A stretch of 64,000 bases of DNA from Emiliania huxleyi CCMP1516 (Eukaryota). The stretch is from assembly GCF_000372725.1 (NCBI RefSeq), contig NW_005201381.1:121953-185952 (forward strand), given 5' to 3'. Below, piece by piece: positions 61,486-64,000 of the stretch (position 1 is its first letter; each line of letters begins with the position of its first letter). Below the pieces are notes generated by a model, which did no database searches, was not told where the DNA came from, and was given only the letters and a program-made list of their open reading frames with translations. Both the position numbers and the translations under genes were made by a program.

Positions 61486-62206
61486 GTCGCTCGCGCGGCG
61501 GCACACCTGCTCAAAAAAGGAAGGGCCCGGTTGGAGCCACGGGGCTCACGTACTCGCTCGGGGCGCCGCCTCACTCTGCGCCACTTTTGAGGCGTCGAGC
61601 CCATGAAGGTGAGGCGGCGCCCCGCGCGGCGCGTTCCTCGCCCTCCACGCCGACCCCTGCGCGCACCGCTCATCTTGGCCCTTCTTGGTTTACTCTCGCC
61701 CCCCCTGCTTGGGGAACCCGGCGGGACTCGCTTCTTATTTTTCGTAATGATTGTCGCCCTCGCAGCATTCGCTCCCCCCCCCCCCCCCCCGCCCCCCCCG
61801 GGGCCCTCTCCTGGCCCGCGCGCTTGCCGACGCGAGAAGATCGCGCGAGAGGGCAAAATGTGGGCAAAATGGCCTGTTTGCCCACCAACCCTTCATCGTT
61901 TGCACGTGTGGGACCAAGAAGCGCGGCCGCCCCTTCGTGGTGCCGCCAGCGCAGCCGTGGCGATGCACGTCGTGCCGAGCGAGTTCCAGCGAGCCCCCGC
62001 CGCCTCCACCCCCGCCGCCCACCGGCGGCGCGCCGCGAGCCTCTCTCTCTCGTTCACGCCATGTCTGATTGAGCATGTGGTACGCCTCACCCCTTGCAAA
62101 ACTCCGAGCCCTCACACGCAAAAAGACAATTCACCGGTGAGCCCAAGACTGAAGACGCAAAAACGATCTCGCAAAGAAAACAAAGAAAACCAAGGGGTCT
62201 GTCGTA

Positions 62207-64000
62207 ATGATGCTGTGGCTCGCGGGGGCGATCACTCCCTCGGCGTCGTTCGCTGGTAGGCCGCCTGCCCACCGCGTGGCACCGGCTCGCGCCGTGCAGC
62301 GCGCGCCAGCGCCGGCGATGCGCGGCGAGCAGGCCTTCTCCTTTGGCCCTGCGGCAGCGCTGCGGACGGCAAAGCGCAAGCTCCCGCAGGTCGAGTGGCT
62401 TGCGGCCGGCGAGGGCTCGGCGGAGAACAAGGTGGACATGCCGGACCACGTTGCACGCATCCTCTCGCAGCCGCACGCGCCGCAGCGCGAGGCCGAGAAC
62501 GATGAGAGGACGCACCGCATCCGCACGCGCTACGAGCAGGCTGCTGCCGATGCGCAGGCGCTGCGCGGGATGCTGGTGGGGGAGGAGGATGAGAAGGCGT
62601 GGTGGCGCACGCCGCGCGAGGTGCCGGCGGGTGGCCGGCCGGTGAGCAAGGACGACCCACTCACCGTGCTGGTGGCGGGTGGCGGGCTTGCCGGCCTGGT
62701 GACAGCGGCGGCGTGCCACGCGGCGGGCATGCGGGTCGCGCTGTTCGAGCAGGCGTCTTCGTACGCGCCGTACGGCGGCCCCATCCAGATCCAGTCCAAT
62801 GCGCTCCGCGCCATCCAGCGCATCTCCCCAGCCGTCTTTGAGGAGCTCGTCGCCGCGGGCACCGTCACCGCCGACCGCGTCTCAGGCCTCAAGATCGGGT
62901 ACCGCAAGGGCAACAAGCTGGCGGGTCTGTACGACCGAGGCGACTGGCTGGTGCGGTTCGACACCATCGGCCCTGCCCTCGAGGCGGGGCTCCCTGCGAC
63001 GGTCGTGGTCGACCGGCCGGTGATTCAGCAGATTCTGGTCAAGCATGGCTTCCCCGACGGCACCGTCCGCATCAGCTCGCGCATCGAGGGGTGGGAGGAC
63101 CGCGGCGACGGCCGCGGCGTGGTTGCGACGCTCTCCGACGGCACCAAGGCGCACGCGGACGTGCTGGTCGGCGCGGACGGCGTCTGGTCCCAGATCCGCA
63201 AGCAGATGCACTCACTCGGAGAGGGCGCGGGCGGCTTCGCCGCGTCGGGCGCGGCGGGAGGTGCGCTCGACGAGGCGGAGGCGCGCAAGCTGTGAACAGC
63301 GTCTCTTCACACCTCTTGCTGTGAACAGGTGCGCTCGACGAGGCGGAGGCGCGCAAGCTGTGAACAGCGTCTCTTCACACCTCTTGCTGTGAACAGGTGC
63401 GCTCGACGAGGCGGAGGCGCGCAAGCTGTGAACAGCGTCTCTTCACACCTCTTGCTGTGAACAGGTGCGCTCGACGAGGCGGAGGCGCGCAAGCTGGCGC
63501 GCGACACCGTGCGGATCGCGGCGCAGGCGGATCGCCGCTTCTCGGGCTTCACCTGCTACGCGGCGCTGGCGCCGCACCGCGCATCAAACATCGAGGACGT
63601 CTCGTATCAAATCCTGCTCGGAGAGAAGAAGTACTTTGTGTCGACCGACGGCGGCGGCGAGCGGCAGCAGTGGTTTGCGCTCATCCGCGAGCCGGCGGGC
63701 GGCGTCGATCCGGAGCCCACGGACGAGGACCCAACGCCAAAGCTGACGCGGCTGCGCCAGGAGTTCTCGTGCAGCAGCGGCGACGCCGACGGCAACGTCT
63801 GGGACCCGTTCGCACTCGAGCTGATCGAAGCGTCCGCCGAGAGTGACATCAAGCGGCGCGCCCTCTGCGGCGGGTCGCCGGGTCGGACATGTCGAGGACG
63901 CGTCCACGACATGTCCAAGACATGTCCCGTAGGCGCGACCTCTACGATGGGGCGCCCCTCCTCGCCACTTGGGACCCGCGTCGCTGGTGGTCGCCGTGGG
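62207..64000 (+). CDS. ZEP: Zeaxanthin epoxidase-family FAD monooxygenase, plastid-targeted, 5' part; introns 63261-63464 and 63856-63932
   Basis: Signal plus SASF motif; [14 protein letters not shown]...[69 protein letters not shown]. Confidence 0.92.
63261..63464 (+). repeat. Three perfect 68-bp tandem units forming an intron
   Basis: (gtgcgctcgacgaggcggaggcgcgcaagctg-tgaacagcgtctcttcacacctcttgctgtgaacag)x3. Confidence 0.95.

Noticed and set aside
63261..63464. Regular repeat resembling a CRISPR array
   Set aside because: Units are wholly identical with no unique spacers, there are no cas genes, and the context is a eukaryotic intron.
171..63918. Hundreds of overlapping R/A/P/G-rich ORFs in the supplied track
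   Set aside because: Expected shadow ORFs in very GC-rich DNA; no motifs, and mostly antisense or off-frame to supported genes.

Overview
GC-rich eukaryotic nuclear DNA with spliceosomal introns (many GC-AG), microsatellites and two assembly gaps. Gene content and intron style suggest a haptophyte such as Emiliania/Gephyrocapsa huxleyi (inference). About 17 host genes are supportable: an ABCC transporter 3' end, two SET-domain proteins, organellar uL13, GLTP, a HAD-like protein, a START/SRPBCC protein, DUF3605-UBA, HET-like/ankyrin/RING, a fatty-acid-hydroxylase/CER1-like protein, ISY1, a ferredoxin-like protein lacking its Cys ligands, a homeodomain protein, a secreted protein with bacterial-type sugar-binding domains, and the 5' part of a zeaxanthin epoxidase. 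At least four families of 3'-anchored non-LTR retroelement fragments and several MITE-like inverted-repeat elements lie between them. The most striking signal is intron architecture. About a dozen introns contain a 10-36 nt direct copy of the adjacent exon plus a short filler that usually supplies the AG acceptor. Near-identical fillers occur in unrelated genes about 55-63 kb apart, and one ZEP intron is three perfect 68-nt GT...AG units. This looks like an active, introner-like intron-creation process with long target duplications. Exon boundaries and identities were read by eye, and no database searches were run.
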